DNA of 64,000 bases from Myxococcaceae bacterium (GTDB taxonomy: Bacteria > Myxococcota > Myxococcia > Myxococcales > Myxococcaceae). Of the stretch, positions 19,877 through 29,275 are shown one piece after another. Under the pieces are notes generated by a model. That model was not told the origin of the DNA and searched no databases. It saw only the letters and a program-made list of their open reading frames with translations. The stretch is from contig JBGSMZ010000139.1 in NCBI GenBank assembly GCA_041739845.1, positions 19,559-83,558 on the forward strand, given 5' to 3'. Numbering within the stretch: position 1 is the stretch's first letter; every line of letters starts with the position of its first letter. The position numbers and the translations under genes are program-made.

Positions 19877-20971
19877 ATGTCTCAAAAGCGGGATTACTAC
19901 GAAGTACTCGGGGTGCCCTCGGACGTCGATGAGGCTGCGCTTAAAAAGGCCTTTCGCAGGGTCGCCATGGAGTGTCATCCGGACCGAAACCCCGGCGATC
20001 ACCATGCGGAAGAGCGCTTTAAGGAAGCCTCCGAGGCCTATGAAGTCTTGAGCGAGCCCCAGCGTCGCGCCCTCTACGACCGCTTTGGGCATCGCGGACT
20101 GGAGGGAGGAGCGGGAGGCTTTGGGGGAGCGAGTGTCAACGACATCTTCTCCGAGATTTTCGGCGATATATTCGGAGGTGAACGCGGTCGCGGTCGCGGC
20201 GCGGACCTCCGCTACAATGTTGATCTCACCTTCGAGGAGGCGGCTTTCGGGAAAGAGATCCAAGTCAAACTCCAGCGACCCATCCCGTGCGACATCTGCG
20301 CTGGAACTGGCTCGAAATCCAAGAGGCTTGCGACGTGTCCAACTTGCCGCGGGACCGGTGAGGTTCGTTTCACCCAGGGTTTTTTTGCAGTCGCACGAAG
20401 GTGCAGCCGGTGCGGGGGCGCGGGGCAAACGGTCGCAGATCCTTGCGGAACCTGCGGTGGCACCGGAAGGCGTGCAGCAACCTCAGAGCTCAATGTTCGC
20501 ATTCCCGCAGGAGTTGACACCAATACCCAGGTCCGCGTTACCGGTGAGGGCGAAGCAGGCGAACAGCGCGGGCACGCGGGCGATCTCTACGTGGTCATTC
20601 GCGTCGCCGAACATCCTCTGTTTCATCGGGAGGGAGCGGACCTTCATTGTGAGGTCCCGATCTCCTTTGTTCAGGCATCCTTGGGCACGACCTTGGAAGT
20701 TCCGACGCTCGAGGGCTCAGAACGCCTCGAAGTTCCACCGGGAACCCAATCTGGGGGACTGTTCAATCTTCGCGGCCGCGGGATTCCCAGGCTCCAGGGA
20801 CGCGGACGCGGGGATCTCAACATCCGGGTGGTCGTAGAAACCCCGCAGAACCTCACCCCCGCGCTGCGCGCTGTGTTGCGTGACTTTGAGGCTGGCAGCG
20901 GAAGCGAGATTCACCCGCGAACCACGAAGTTTCTCGACGGCATTGGAAGGCTCTCCAAAAAAGCTTCTTAG
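19877..20971 (+). CDS. dnaJ: Molecular chaperone DnaJ
   Basis: J-domain DYYEVLGV...HPDRNPGD, a G/F region, and four CxxCxGxG zinc-finger repeats (CDICAGTG, CPTCRGTG, CSRCGGAG, CGTCGGTG). Confidence 0.95.
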   Translation: MSQKRDYYEVLGVPSDVDEAALKKAFRRVAMECHPDRNPGDHHAEERFKEASEAYEVLSEPQRRALYDRFGHRGLEGGAGGFGGASVNDIFSEIFGDIFGGERGRGRGADLRYNVDLTFEEAAFGKEIQVKLQRPIPCDICAGTGSKSKRLATCPTCRGTGEVRFTQGFFAVARRCSRCGGAGQTVADPCGTCGGTGRRAATSELNVRIPAGVDTNTQVRVTGEGEAGEQRGHAGDLYVVIRVAEHPLFHREGADLHCEVPISFVQASLGTTLEVPTLEGSERLEVPPGTQSGGLFNLRGRGIPRLQGRGRGDLNIRVVVETPQNLTPALRAVLRDFEAGSGSEIHPRTTKFLDGIGRLSKKAS

Positions 20972-21036
20972 CCAAGCGGCCGAAATCTCGGAACGCGCCG
21001 GAAGCGGAGTATGCTCAGAGCAATCCCTACGGCCAC

Positions 21037-21597
21037 ATGGCGAGCAAGAAAACCTTTGAGAATGCTGCAATCGGCTTCAACCACAACATCACCCATCGGG
21101 GACGGGTGTACCACGTGCAGACGGAGGACTCTGGGCTTGGAAATCCGCAAGTCGTGACCCACCTCTTCCTGGGTGGAAACATTATCTCCTCGAAGAAGAC
21201 ATCCTACGCCGAGGTGCTCAATGATCCGGAACTCTCCAACCGGGTTCGCGAGCTCATGGAAGCACAACACAAGAGGATGCTGCGAAATCTCGTCCAAGAC
21301 AATTTCGACCAACGACGGGAACTCACTCCGAGCTACCAGCCCGGGGAACTTGGAGAACCTCCCGAGCCATCTGGCACTTTGGGGAGTCCCGGCAATGTCC
21401 AGAGCGCATTGACCAAAACGGACAAGACGCTGGTCCCACTCGCCGGCAACAGCATCCCCTCCTATGCCAAGACGGTGGTCGACTCGACGGGATGGCACGA
21501 TCTCGACGCGACGTTCGGCAGCGATCTCTTGACTGATCGCAGCCTTGACGAAGCGATTCTCTCCTACCTGGAAAGCCGACCGATCGAGAAACCCTGA
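21037..21597 (+). CDS. Hypothetical protein (ordered N-terminal ~90 aa, low-complexity tail)
   Basis: Clean ATG ORF in the coding-dense + strand run between dnaJ and tkt. The N-terminus is FNHNITHRGRVYHVQTEDSGLGNPQVVTHLFLGGNII. I do not recognise a family. Confidence 0.6.
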   Translation: MASKKTFENAAIGFNHNITHRGRVYHVQTEDSGLGNPQVVTHLFLGGNIISSKKTSYAEVLNDPELSNRVRELMEAQHKRMLRNLVQDNFDQRRELTPSYQPGELGEPPEPSGTLGSPGNVQSALTKTDKTLVPLAGNSIPSYAKTVVDSTGWHDLDATFGSDLLTDRSLDEAILSYLESRPIEKP

Positions 21598-21632
21598 TCG
21601 TCGAGCGCGGGTTGCGGTAGTTTGCGCCCACG

Positions 21633-23636
21633 ATGAGCATTGACGCGCTGTGCATCAACACCCTGCGCACCCTCGCTATGGACGCTGTTCAGAAGGCCGA
21701 TTCGGGTCATCCCGGCCTTCCCATGGGTGCTGCGCCCATGGCCTACGTCCTCTGGCAGCGCCACCTGAAACACGATCCTTCCAACCCGCATTGGCCGGAT
21801 CGGGATCGCTTCGTTCTGTCAGCGGGTCACGGTTCCATGTTGCTCTACGGCCTGCTCCATCTCATGGGCTACGCGGTGACCCTCGATGACTTGAAGGCGT
21901 TTCGCCAGTGGCAGAGCAACACCCCCGGCCATCCGGAAGTCGGTGTCACTCCGGGCGTCGAGGCAACGACGGGTCCGCTCGGCCAAGGAAACGCAAACGC
22001 CGTAGGCATGGCAATCGCGGAGCGGATGCTCGCCGCGCGATACAACCGCCCGGAGTTCCCACTATTCGACCACTTCACCTACGCTCTGATGGGCGACGGA
22101 TGCGCCATGGAGGGGATTACGAGCGAGGCGGCATCGCTTGCGGGGCACTTGCAGCTTGGAAAGCTCATTGTCTTCTACGATTCCAATGACGTAACCCTCG
22201 ATGGTCCAGCGCAAGTGAGCATGTCCGAAGACGTCGGTGCGCGCTACAGCGCCTATGGCTGGCAGGTCCTCTCCGTGGCCAACGGCGACACGGACATCAG
22301 CGCCATCGACAGCGCTATTTCAGAGGCGAAGGAAGAATCCGGCCGGCCGACGCTCATCATCGTCAAGACGACCATTGGGTTTGGCTCTCCCAAGAAAGCG
22401 GGGACCTCGGCGGCCCACGGGAGCCCGTTGGGTGTCGAGGAAGTTGCGGCGACGAAGCGCGCACTCGGCTGGCCTGAATCGCCACCGTTTTACGTTCCAA
22501 ATGAGGTGCGCGCGCACTTCCTCAAAGCCGAGAAAGCCAATCGCGGGCGCCGCTTGCATTGGGAAGAGCTCCTCTCGCGCTACCGCCGTGCAAACCCCCA
22601 ATTGGGAGCTGAGTTGGATCGCGTCCTCGCTGGGAAGGTGCCGAGTGCTGTGCATTCCCTCGCTCCTCCCATCACCAGCGCGCCTATCGAAACCCGCAGC
22701 GCCGCCGGTGCCGCACAAAATGCCTTCGCACTGGAAATGCCTGAACTGGTCGGCGGTGATGCTGATCTCGGAGGTTCGACCAAGTCGGTCCTCAAGGACT
22801 TGGGAAGCTTTGGTCCGGGCCACTGGGGCGGAAGGAACATTCACTTTGGAGTCCGTGAACACGCGATGGCCGCGATCGCCAATGGCATTTGCTACCACGG
22901 TGGACTTCGCCCCTTCGTCGCCACCTTCCTGGTGTTCTCCGACTACATGCGGCCGGCCGTGCGCCTTGCGGCGATGAATCACCTTCCAGTCACATTTATT
23001 TGGACGCATGATTCCATTGCCATTGGCGAAGACGGGCCAACCCATCAGCCCATCGAACATTTGATGGCGATGCGCGCGATTCCCAACTTGGTAATCTTCC
23101 GCCCAGCGGACGCAGCCGAAACCATAGAAGCGTGGCGATCCGCGCTGTTGCGCACGGACGGACCCACGGGATTGGTTTTCACGCGCCAGAAAGTTCCGTT
23201 TATCGACCGCACTGTCTGCGCGGCCGCCGATGGCCTGCATTGCGGGGCCTACGTGTTAGCGGAGGCGAGCGCATCGACGCCCAAAGCAATACTCATTGGG
23301 ACGGGCTCAGAAGTAGCTGTCGCGCTCGAGGCTCGGGAAGTTTTGGAGAAGGCGCATGTTCCTACCCGTGTCGTGTCGATGCCTTCGATGGAACTCTTCG
23401 CCAAGCAGCCCGAATCCTACCGCGATGCGGTGCTCCCTCCCGCGGTGACCTGCCGCGTTTCGGTGGAGTGCGGAATCACCTGGGGCTGGGAACGATGGAC
23501 TGGCTCCGCCGGAGCGTCGGTGGGAATCGATCGCTTTGGTGCATCCGCTCCTGCGTCCACCCTCCTTCGCGAGTACGGCATCACGCCGCAGAACGTCGTC
23601 GACACCGTAAGACGCCTCCTCTCTCCCCGAGACTAG
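21633..23636 (+). CDS. tkt: Transketolase
   Basis: [18 protein letters not shown], ThDP motif [13 protein letters not shown], and [18 protein letters not shown]. Full length, 667 aa. Confidence 0.95.
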   Translation: MSIDALCINTLRTLAMDAVQKADSGHPGLPMGAAPMAYVLWQRHLKHDPSNPHWPDRDRFVLSAGHGSMLLYGLLHLMGYAVTLDDLKAFRQWQSNTPGHPEVGVTPGVEATTGPLGQGNANAVGMAIAERMLAARYNRPEFPLFDHFTYALMGDGCAMEGITSEAASLAGHLQLGKLIVFYDSNDVTLDGPAQVSMSEDVGARYSAYGWQVLSVANGDTDISAIDSAISEAKEESGRPTLIIVKTTIGFGSPKKAGTSAAHGSPLGVEEVAATKRALGWPESPPFYVPNEVRAHFLKAEKANRGRRLHWEELLSRYRRANPQLGAELDRVLAGKVPSAVHSLAPPITSAPIETRSAAGAAQNAFALEMPELVGGDADLGGSTKSVLKDLGSFGPGHWGGRNIHFGVREHAMAAIANGICYHGGLRPFVATFLVFSDYMRPAVRLAAMNHLPVTFIWTHDSIAIGEDGPTHQPIEHLMAMRAIPNLVIFRPADAAETIEAWRSALLRTDGPTGLVFTRQKVPFIDRTVCAAADGLHCGAYVLAEASASTPKAILIGTGSEVAVALEAREVLEKAHVPTRVVSMPSMELFAKQPESYRDAVLPPAVTCRVSVECGITWGWERWTGSAGASVGIDRFGASAPASTLLREYGITPQNVVDTVRRLLSPRD

Positions 23637-23646
23637 GGATTTTGCC

Positions 23647-24489
23647 ATGGAACATGAATCCCCAAAACTTCGAAGAGCAAACACAGCTCCCTTGGCGCGA
23701 TGGCTGACCTTCAGCGCCATTGCGCTTGCGACGGCCGCGATGGCGCAGGCAGACGGAGGCGTCGCGGCTACCGAGCCCCTAACTGCCATCTCCATGGGTG
23801 ACAAGGCGATGGAAGCGCATGACTATGCGGGAGCGGAAGCGGCCTACCAAAGAGCGTTGGACGCGCACCCGGAGGAGGCCGGGCTACTCTCCAAACTTGC
23901 GGAAGCGGCCGATGCGCAAGGAAAATTCGCTTTGGCAGCTGACTCTTGGGAAGCTTCTTCGCAGCTCACGAAGGACGCGAAGCTCGCTGCGCAATACCGC
24001 GAGCAAGGGACCCGCGCTCGGGAGAAAGCGCACAGCCTGGCAGGCAGCGGCGATGGAAAGACGGTGCCCTCGCAGCCCCTTCCGAAAGGGACCCTTTCCA
24101 AAGACCCCTCGCCCGGAACCGAGGCCCTCGCACTGTATGAAACGGCGGTTGCCGCCATCGGTCAAAAACGCTACGGCGTTGCGCTTCACAACCTCAACGC
24201 CTGCTTGCGCTCCTCCCCACAGTTTGCATTTGGCTATGTCGCGCGCGCCTCGTCTCTCATGGGGCTCCGACGGTACGCGGAAGCAGCCGTGGACTACCAA
24301 TACGCCAACCTCTTGAACCCCAACCTCGCTTCCCCGCTGTTTGGAATGGGAGAGGCGTATGCTGCCATGGACCGCACCACTGATGCGCGCGCTGCCTTTG
24401 ACGCGTTTCTTCTTTCCAATGCGCCGGATGCAACCGACGAACTGAAGGCCACAGCACGCGAGCGAAGCGCGGCAATTTCTGCCCCCTAA
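23647..24489 (+). CDS. Secreted/periplasmic TPR-repeat protein
   Basis: Signal-like N-terminus (WLTFSAIALATAAMAQA) and TPR-like repeats (YAGAEAAYQRALDAHPEEA, YAEAAVDYQYANLLNPN, DARAAFDAFL). It ends 6 nt before the MoxR gene. Confidence 0.7.
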   Translation: MEHESPKLRRANTAPLARWLTFSAIALATAAMAQADGGVAATEPLTAISMGDKAMEAHDYAGAEAAYQRALDAHPEEAGLLSKLAEAADAQGKFALAADSWEASSQLTKDAKLAAQYREQGTRAREKAHSLAGSGDGKTVPSQPLPKGTLSKDPSPGTEALALYETAVAAIGQKRYGVALHNLNACLRSSPQFAFGYVARASSLMGLRRYAEAAVDYQYANLLNPNLASPLFGMGEAYAAMDRTTDARAAFDAFLLSNAPDATDELKATARERSAAISAP

Positions 24490-24495
24490 ACCTCT

Positions 24496-25485
24496 ATGAA
24501 CACTGACATTCGCGCAGTAACCGAAGCCGTCCAGCGCGAGAGCGCATTTGTCGAGATGCTCTTCCAGGAAACCGGGAGGATCGTCGTCGGCCAGCGCCCG
24601 ATGCTCGAACGGATTCTGATCGGACTCCTTTGCAACGGCCACGTGCTCCTAGAGGGAGTGCCGGGGCTTGCAAAAACCCTGACGGTACGCACATTCTCCG
24701 ATGCGCTTGCCGTGCAATTCCAGCGCATTCAATTCACCCCCGACCTCCTCCCAGCGGACCTCATCGGTACCGTCATCTACAACCAACAGACGTCGAGCTT
24801 TGCGGTTCGCAAGGGTCCCATTTTCGCGAACGTGATCCTCGCCGACGAAATCAACAGGTCGCCGGCAAAGGTCCAGTCGGCGCTTCTCGAGGGAATGCAA
24901 GAGCGGCAAGTAACCATCGGAACCACCACTTTTGCACTGCCTTCACCATTCATCGTGCTCGCAACCCAGAATCCAATTGAGCAAGAGGGCACCTACCCGT
25001 TGCCGGAAGCGCAGGTCGATAGGTTCATGTTGAAGGTCAAAGTCACCTATCCCTCTCGCGATGAAGAGCGGATCATCATGAACCGCGCCGCCGTGGACGG
25101 TGCGCCAAAGGTCAATCGGGTGCTGACGCCAGAGCAGATCTTGAACGCGCGCAGCGTCATCGACGCGATCTACGTCGACGACAAAGTGAAGGAGTACATC
25201 CTCGACATCGTGTTTGCGACCCGCGACCCGTCGCGCGCCAAATTGACCGAACTGAAAGATTTGATTCACTACGGCGCGAGCCCTCGGGCAACGATTGCGC
25301 TCCTTCAAGCCGCGAAAGCGCACGCCTTCCTACGACACCGCGGCTACGTGACACCTGACGACGTCAAAGCAATGGGCTTCGATGTCCTCCGCCACCGCGT
25401 TGCAGTCACCTATGAAGCGGAGGCCGAGGAATACACGCCGGAGATGGTGATTCAACGCATCTTTGAGGGCGTCGAGGTTCCGTGA
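24496..25485 (+). CDS. MoxR-family AAA+ ATPase
   Basis: Walker A LLEGVPGLAKT, Walker B ILADEINRSPAKVQSALLEGMQE, and FIVLATQNPIEQEGTYPLPEAQVDRF, which is typical of MoxR/RavA-like ATPases. Confidence 0.9.
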   Translation: MNTDIRAVTEAVQRESAFVEMLFQETGRIVVGQRPMLERILIGLLCNGHVLLEGVPGLAKTLTVRTFSDALAVQFQRIQFTPDLLPADLIGTVIYNQQTSSFAVRKGPIFANVILADEINRSPAKVQSALLEGMQERQVTIGTTTFALPSPFIVLATQNPIEQEGTYPLPEAQVDRFMLKVKVTYPSRDEERIIMNRAAVDGAPKVNRVLTPEQILNARSVIDAIYVDDKVKEYILDIVFATRDPSRAKLTELKDLIHYGASPRATIALLQAAKAHAFLRHRGYVTPDDVKAMGFDVLRHRVAVTYEAEAEEYTPEMVIQRIFEGVEVP

Positions 25486-25489
25486 GTCG

Positions 25490-26374
25490 ATGATTGCCGC
25501 TGACGTCATTCGGCGCATCCGCCGCATCGAAATTACAACCCGACGGATGGTATCGAGCGTTCTCTCGGGTCAATACCATTCCGTTTTCAAGGGGCGTGGA
25601 ATGGCCTTTAGCGAGGTTCGCCCCTATCAGCCCGGTGACGAAGTTCGCACGATTGACTGGAACGTCACCGCGCGGATGCGGGAACCTTTCGTGAAGGTAT
25701 TCACCGAGGAACGCGAGCTCACCGTCATGTTGGTCGTCGACGTTTCTGGATCGGAATCCTTTGGGAGTCACGAGAGGAGCAAGGCTGAAATTGGCGCCGA
25801 AGTCGCGGCGCTCATCGCTTTTTCGGCGATTGCCAATGGCGATCGGGTTGGGCTTATCCTCTTTAGCGATCGCATCGAAAAGGTGGTTCCCCCACGCAAA
25901 GGCCGAACCCACGTGATGCGATTGATCACAGACATCCTCTCGACCAAGCCCCTCGGTCGAATGACTGACCTTTCTGGGGCTTTGAGCTACCTGACCCATA
26001 TCGTGAAGCGAAAATCGGTAGTGTTCCTGGTCAGCGACTTTTTCGTGAAGGACCTCGAGCCGACGATGCGCCTGCTCTCTAAAAAGCACGATGTCGTTCC
26101 GGTCTGCATCTCCGACCCTCTTGAAGAAGAACTGCCTCGCGTCGGCCTCATCGAGATGGAAGACCCAGAAACAGGTCGCCGCGCGATCGTAGACACTTCC
26201 AATCGCGGAGTGCGCGCCCGCTTCGCCGCCGCGATGGCCTCGCGACGCCAAGACCGCCTGCGGACCTTCCGCCGCCTTCGGCTCGATTCGGTCGAACTCA
26301 AAGTGCATGAGGGGTACGCGATCCCGCTTCAGCGCTTTTTCCGCGCACGGGCCCGACGGGTAGCCCTTGGCTAA
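25490..26374 (+). CDS. DUF58 (vWA-like fold) protein, MoxR partner
   Basis: GQYHSVFKGRGMAFSEVRPYQPGDEVRTIDWNVTAR...LVVDVSGSESFG, the canonical DUF58 signature. ATG at 25490 lies 4 nt after the MoxR stop; the listed 25463 start overlaps MoxR. Confidence 0.85.
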   Translation: MIAADVIRRIRRIEITTRRMVSSVLSGQYHSVFKGRGMAFSEVRPYQPGDEVRTIDWNVTARMREPFVKVFTEERELTVMLVVDVSGSESFGSHERSKAEIGAEVAALIAFSAIANGDRVGLILFSDRIEKVVPPRKGRTHVMRLITDILSTKPLGRMTDLSGALSYLTHIVKRKSVVFLVSDFFVKDLEPTMRLLSKKHDVVPVCISDPLEEELPRVGLIEMEDPETGRRAIVDTSNRGVRARFAAAMASRRQDRLRTFRRLRLDSVELKVHEGYAIPLQRFFRARARRVALG

Positions 26375-28431
26375 GGCGGCAGCGCCGCGACTAATCGCCC
26401 GATTGGCCGTACCTGAAGTTCCGAGTCGAGTTCTGCGAAGCTCAATACTGGCAGGTTGGGGAAGGTTCCCTCCACCAAGCGACGAAGCATCCGCCGTACG
26501 TCTGCACTCGCTATCAACACCACCCGCTCGCCGGGGTTGAGTCCGCGAATACCATCGAGAATTGCCGCGGCTTCGGCAGGGTCGAGGGCAGGATTCCGGA
26601 GCGCAGCCTCGACGTGGGGATCGACGAGATACGCATAGAGGAGGCCATCGCCAGCGTACTGGTGACTGAGTTGCCGACTTAGCGTCGCTCGACAACGCTC
26701 CGCGAGTTGCTGCGCATCTCCTTCTGCGGAAGGCTGCGCAAGCGCTTCAAGAATCGCCTTCAAATTTCGAATGCTCACCCGCTCTTGCAAGAGTTTGCGC
26801 AACACCTCGGTAAGCAGGGGCAGCGGAACCTTTTGTGTCGCCTCACGAACGAGCGCTCCGGCGCTTGCTCCGAGCTCTTGGAGCGCAACGTGTACTTCTT
26901 GCACCCCCAAAAATCCCTCGCACTTTCGCCGCAGAAGCTCGAAAACGCGCTCCGCGAGCAGCGTCGGCGCAGCGAGCACCGTACCGCCAGCGGCGATGAG
27001 CTTCAGCGCAACCTCTTGCTCCAACGCAGCGAGGCCAGGTCCATGGGCATCGGCGACTTGGGTTGCAGGAAATCCCTGCGCCAGCAGGGTCGCCACCGAG
27101 CTGCGAGAGAACGCCCACCCCTTAGGAAACGTCCCCCCTCCTGCAGGTACCTCATCGATAGCAAGCGCGTAGTCGCTCGCATTGACAAACGCTCCCGTTC
27201 GAACGCGAAATGGAGGCAAGCGAACCCCGAGCGTCGCGTACATCCTTTCGCGAAAATTCTCGAGATCTGCGGATGCGAAGCGGCCTCCCTCTACTTCTAC
27301 GATCCAGGTGAGTTCGGATCCCAAATCCAAAATGAGCGGCGACACACCGCGCCAACCCGTTCGCGACGCGTCTGCGGTCTTGGGGGTACGCTGCGAAGTG
27401 TCATCGGGCGCGCGACGACGGACCCAATACCCAGCACAGCCCCCTGCAAGCGCGAGCGTTGCAAATATCCCATGAGGCATTCCGGGAATCAGGGCGAAGG
27501 TTGCGCAGACCAGAGTCAAGAGAAGGTAGACGCTTGCCTTTCCAAAGAACTGCATCCCGATGTCGCGCCCGAGCGACGCGTCTTTTTCATCTGAGCCGAC
27601 GCGCGTGACGACGGCAGCCGCAGCAACCGCAATCGTCAACGAGGGCAGCTGCGACACCAGGCCATCGCCAATCGCGATCAACGCATAGTGCTCCGCGGCC
27701 TCTTTGAGCGAAAGTCCGGCGCGAAGCGCTCCGAGGGCGGTCCCAACGAAGAGATTGACGGCCACGATGACGAGGCCGGCGACCACGTCGCCCTTCACGA
27801 ATTTCATCGCTCCGTCCATTGCACCAAAGAGTTGCGATTCTCGTTCGAGCGCCCGGCGTCGGCCGCGTGCCTCTTCTTGCGACAGCGCGCCCGCGCGAAG
27901 ATCTGCGTCAATGGCCATTTGCTTCCCGGGCATCGCGTCGAGACTGAAGCGCGCTGCCACCTCGGCGATGCGTTCGCTTCCCTTGGTGACCACGACGAAC
28001 TGCACCGTCGCGAGAATCGCAAAAATGACGGCGCCCACCGCGAAGTCCCCACGGACGACGAAATCACCGAACGCCTGAATCACCTTGCCTGCATGCCCTT
28101 CTGCCAGCGCCAGCCTGGTCGAGGACACATTGAGCGCCAGGCGGAAGAGCGTGGTCAGCAGAAGCACCGACGGAAAGGCCGTCACTTGGAGTGCATCGCG
28201 AGCCGAGAGTGCCGATGCAAGAAGCGCGAAGGCGACAGCGAGATTGAGTCCAAGCCCGAGGTCGACCATCCAGGGGCGCAGCGGAAAAACCAGCGTACCG
28301 ACGATGACCGTCGCCAAGATTGCGAGAACGAGTTCACTGGAAGCGCGCGCTCGGAGAAGCGTTCGCGATGCGCTGACGAGAAGCTCCTTGGGTGCGGCGG
28401 CCAGCGGCCCTAGCGCGCGCCAGCGACCCAT
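26371..28431 (-). CDS. FHIPEP-family type III export gate protein (FlhA/SctV homologue), isolated from other T3SS/flagellar genes
   Basis: FPSVLLLTTLFRLALNVSSTRLAL, VTKGSERIAEVAARFSLDAMPGKQMAIDADL, FGAMDGAMKFVKGDVVAG and IAIGDGLVSQLPSL, plus a ~330 aa cytoplasmic C-domain. The proposed start is ATG at 28431 (687 aa, comparable to FlhA/SctV). The listed ORF extends 94 codons further upstream. Confidence 0.85.
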   Translation of the reverse strand: MGRWRALGPLAAAPKELLVSASRTLLRARASSELVLAILATVIVGTLVFPLRPWMVDLGLGLNLAVAFALLASALSARDALQVTAFPSVLLLTTLFRLALNVSSTRLALAEGHAGKVIQAFGDFVVRGDFAVGAVIFAILATVQFVVVTKGSERIAEVAARFSLDAMPGKQMAIDADLRAGALSQEEARGRRRALERESQLFGAMDGAMKFVKGDVVAGLVIVAVNLFVGTALGALRAGLSLKEAAEHYALIAIGDGLVSQLPSLTIAVAAAAVVTRVGSDEKDASLGRDIGMQFFGKASVYLLLTLVCATFALIPGMPHGIFATLALAGGCAGYWVRRRAPDDTSQRTPKTADASRTGWRGVSPLILDLGSELTWIVEVEGGRFASADLENFRERMYATLGVRLPPFRVRTGAFVNASDYALAIDEVPAGGGTFPKGWAFSRSSVATLLAQGFPATQVADAHGPGLAALEQEVALKLIAAGGTVLAAPTLLAERVFELLRRKCEGFLGVQEVHVALQELGASAGALVREATQKVPLPLLTEVLRKLLQERVSIRNLKAILEALAQPSAEGDAQQLAERCRATLSRQLSHQYAGDGLLYAYLVDPHVEAALRNPALDPAEAAAILDGIRGLNPGERVVLIASADVRRMLRRLVEGTFPNLPVLSFAELDSELQVRPIGRLVAALPP

Positions 28432-28628
28432 CGCAAAACCTGTGCGGCGATTCTCCACAACACCGCTTCGTCCTCCTTGGAGACCTGGTTCGCCGAATCT
28501 CCTTCCCCACCCTGAACGGGGTCCGGAGCACTGAAATCTTCGAAGTTTTCTCTCATCGCGTCCCTCCGACGCCATCCGATGCAATAGCTGCACCGGCGGC
28601 CTGAAGAGTTCCTTCGCCTTGCTTTGGC

Positions 28629-28657
28629 GTTGACCCCCCGGAGGCAGCTCCCTATAA
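28629..28657 (+). promoter_or_regulatory. Putative sigma70-type promoter upstream of nuoC
   Basis: TTGACC (28629-28634), a 17-nt spacer, then TATAAG (28652-28657), ~28 nt upstream of the nuoC ATG. GGAGG lies at 28676-28680. Sequence pattern only. Confidence 0.35.
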
Positions 28658-28684
28658 GCGCCGGCGTCGGAGCATCGGAGGCAG

Positions 28685-29248
28685 ATGGTGAGCAACCCTG
28701 CGGTCGAGTCCATTCAACAGAGTCTTCCGGATGCAGTTTTGGCGAGCTATGTCGATCGCTCGGGCGATTCTTGGGCGGTCATTCGCCCGAGTGGGATCGC
28801 CGCCGTCGCGAAGCTCCTCAAAGAGCAATTGGGGTTTCGCCTCTTCCTTTCCATGGATGCGGTCGACCGTCTTCATCTCCCGCCGGAAGAACAGCGCCCT
28901 CGCTTCGAAGTTCTCTACTTCTTCCGCAACATCCAACTCGGGGAAGTCGCACGGTGCAAGGTTCAAGTAGAGGACGGACAGTCGATCCCGACCATCTCCA
29001 ACATCTTCCAAGGCGCATCGTGGGCGGAGCGGTTTGTTTGGGACTTCTACGGCGTCGTTTTTGAGGGCGGAATTCAGCGCCGACTCTTGATGTACCCGGA
29101 GTTTGTTGGCCATGCATTGCGAAAGGACTACCCTCTGCGAGGACGCCAAGGACTCATTCCGGAGCGCCCGATAGCAGACATCATCCGCGGGCCAGGGACC
29201 AACGCACCGCACACCGAAACTCCCTCAAGTCGCACAAAAAACGCGTAG
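28685..29248 (+). CDS. nuoC: NADH-quinone oxidoreductase subunit C
   Basis: FEVLYFFRN...PTISNIFQGASWAERFVWDFYGVVFEG...LRKDYPL, a Complex1_30kDa signature. Confidence 0.9.
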   Translation: MVSNPAVESIQQSLPDAVLASYVDRSGDSWAVIRPSGIAAVAKLLKEQLGFRLFLSMDAVDRLHLPPEEQRPRFEVLYFFRNIQLGEVARCKVQVEDGQSIPTISNIFQGASWAERFVWDFYGVVFEGGIQRRLLMYPEFVGHALRKDYPLRGRQGLIPERPIADIIRGPGTNAPHTETPSSRTKNA

Positions 29249-29275
29249 GAGTTGCTTCGCGAAGGAGGCTGACCG

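Noticed and set aside
21037-21597. Possible PilZ (c-di-GMP binding) motif in RGRVYHVQTEDSGLG.
   Set aside because: The spacing does not fit RxxxR...[DN]xSxxG.
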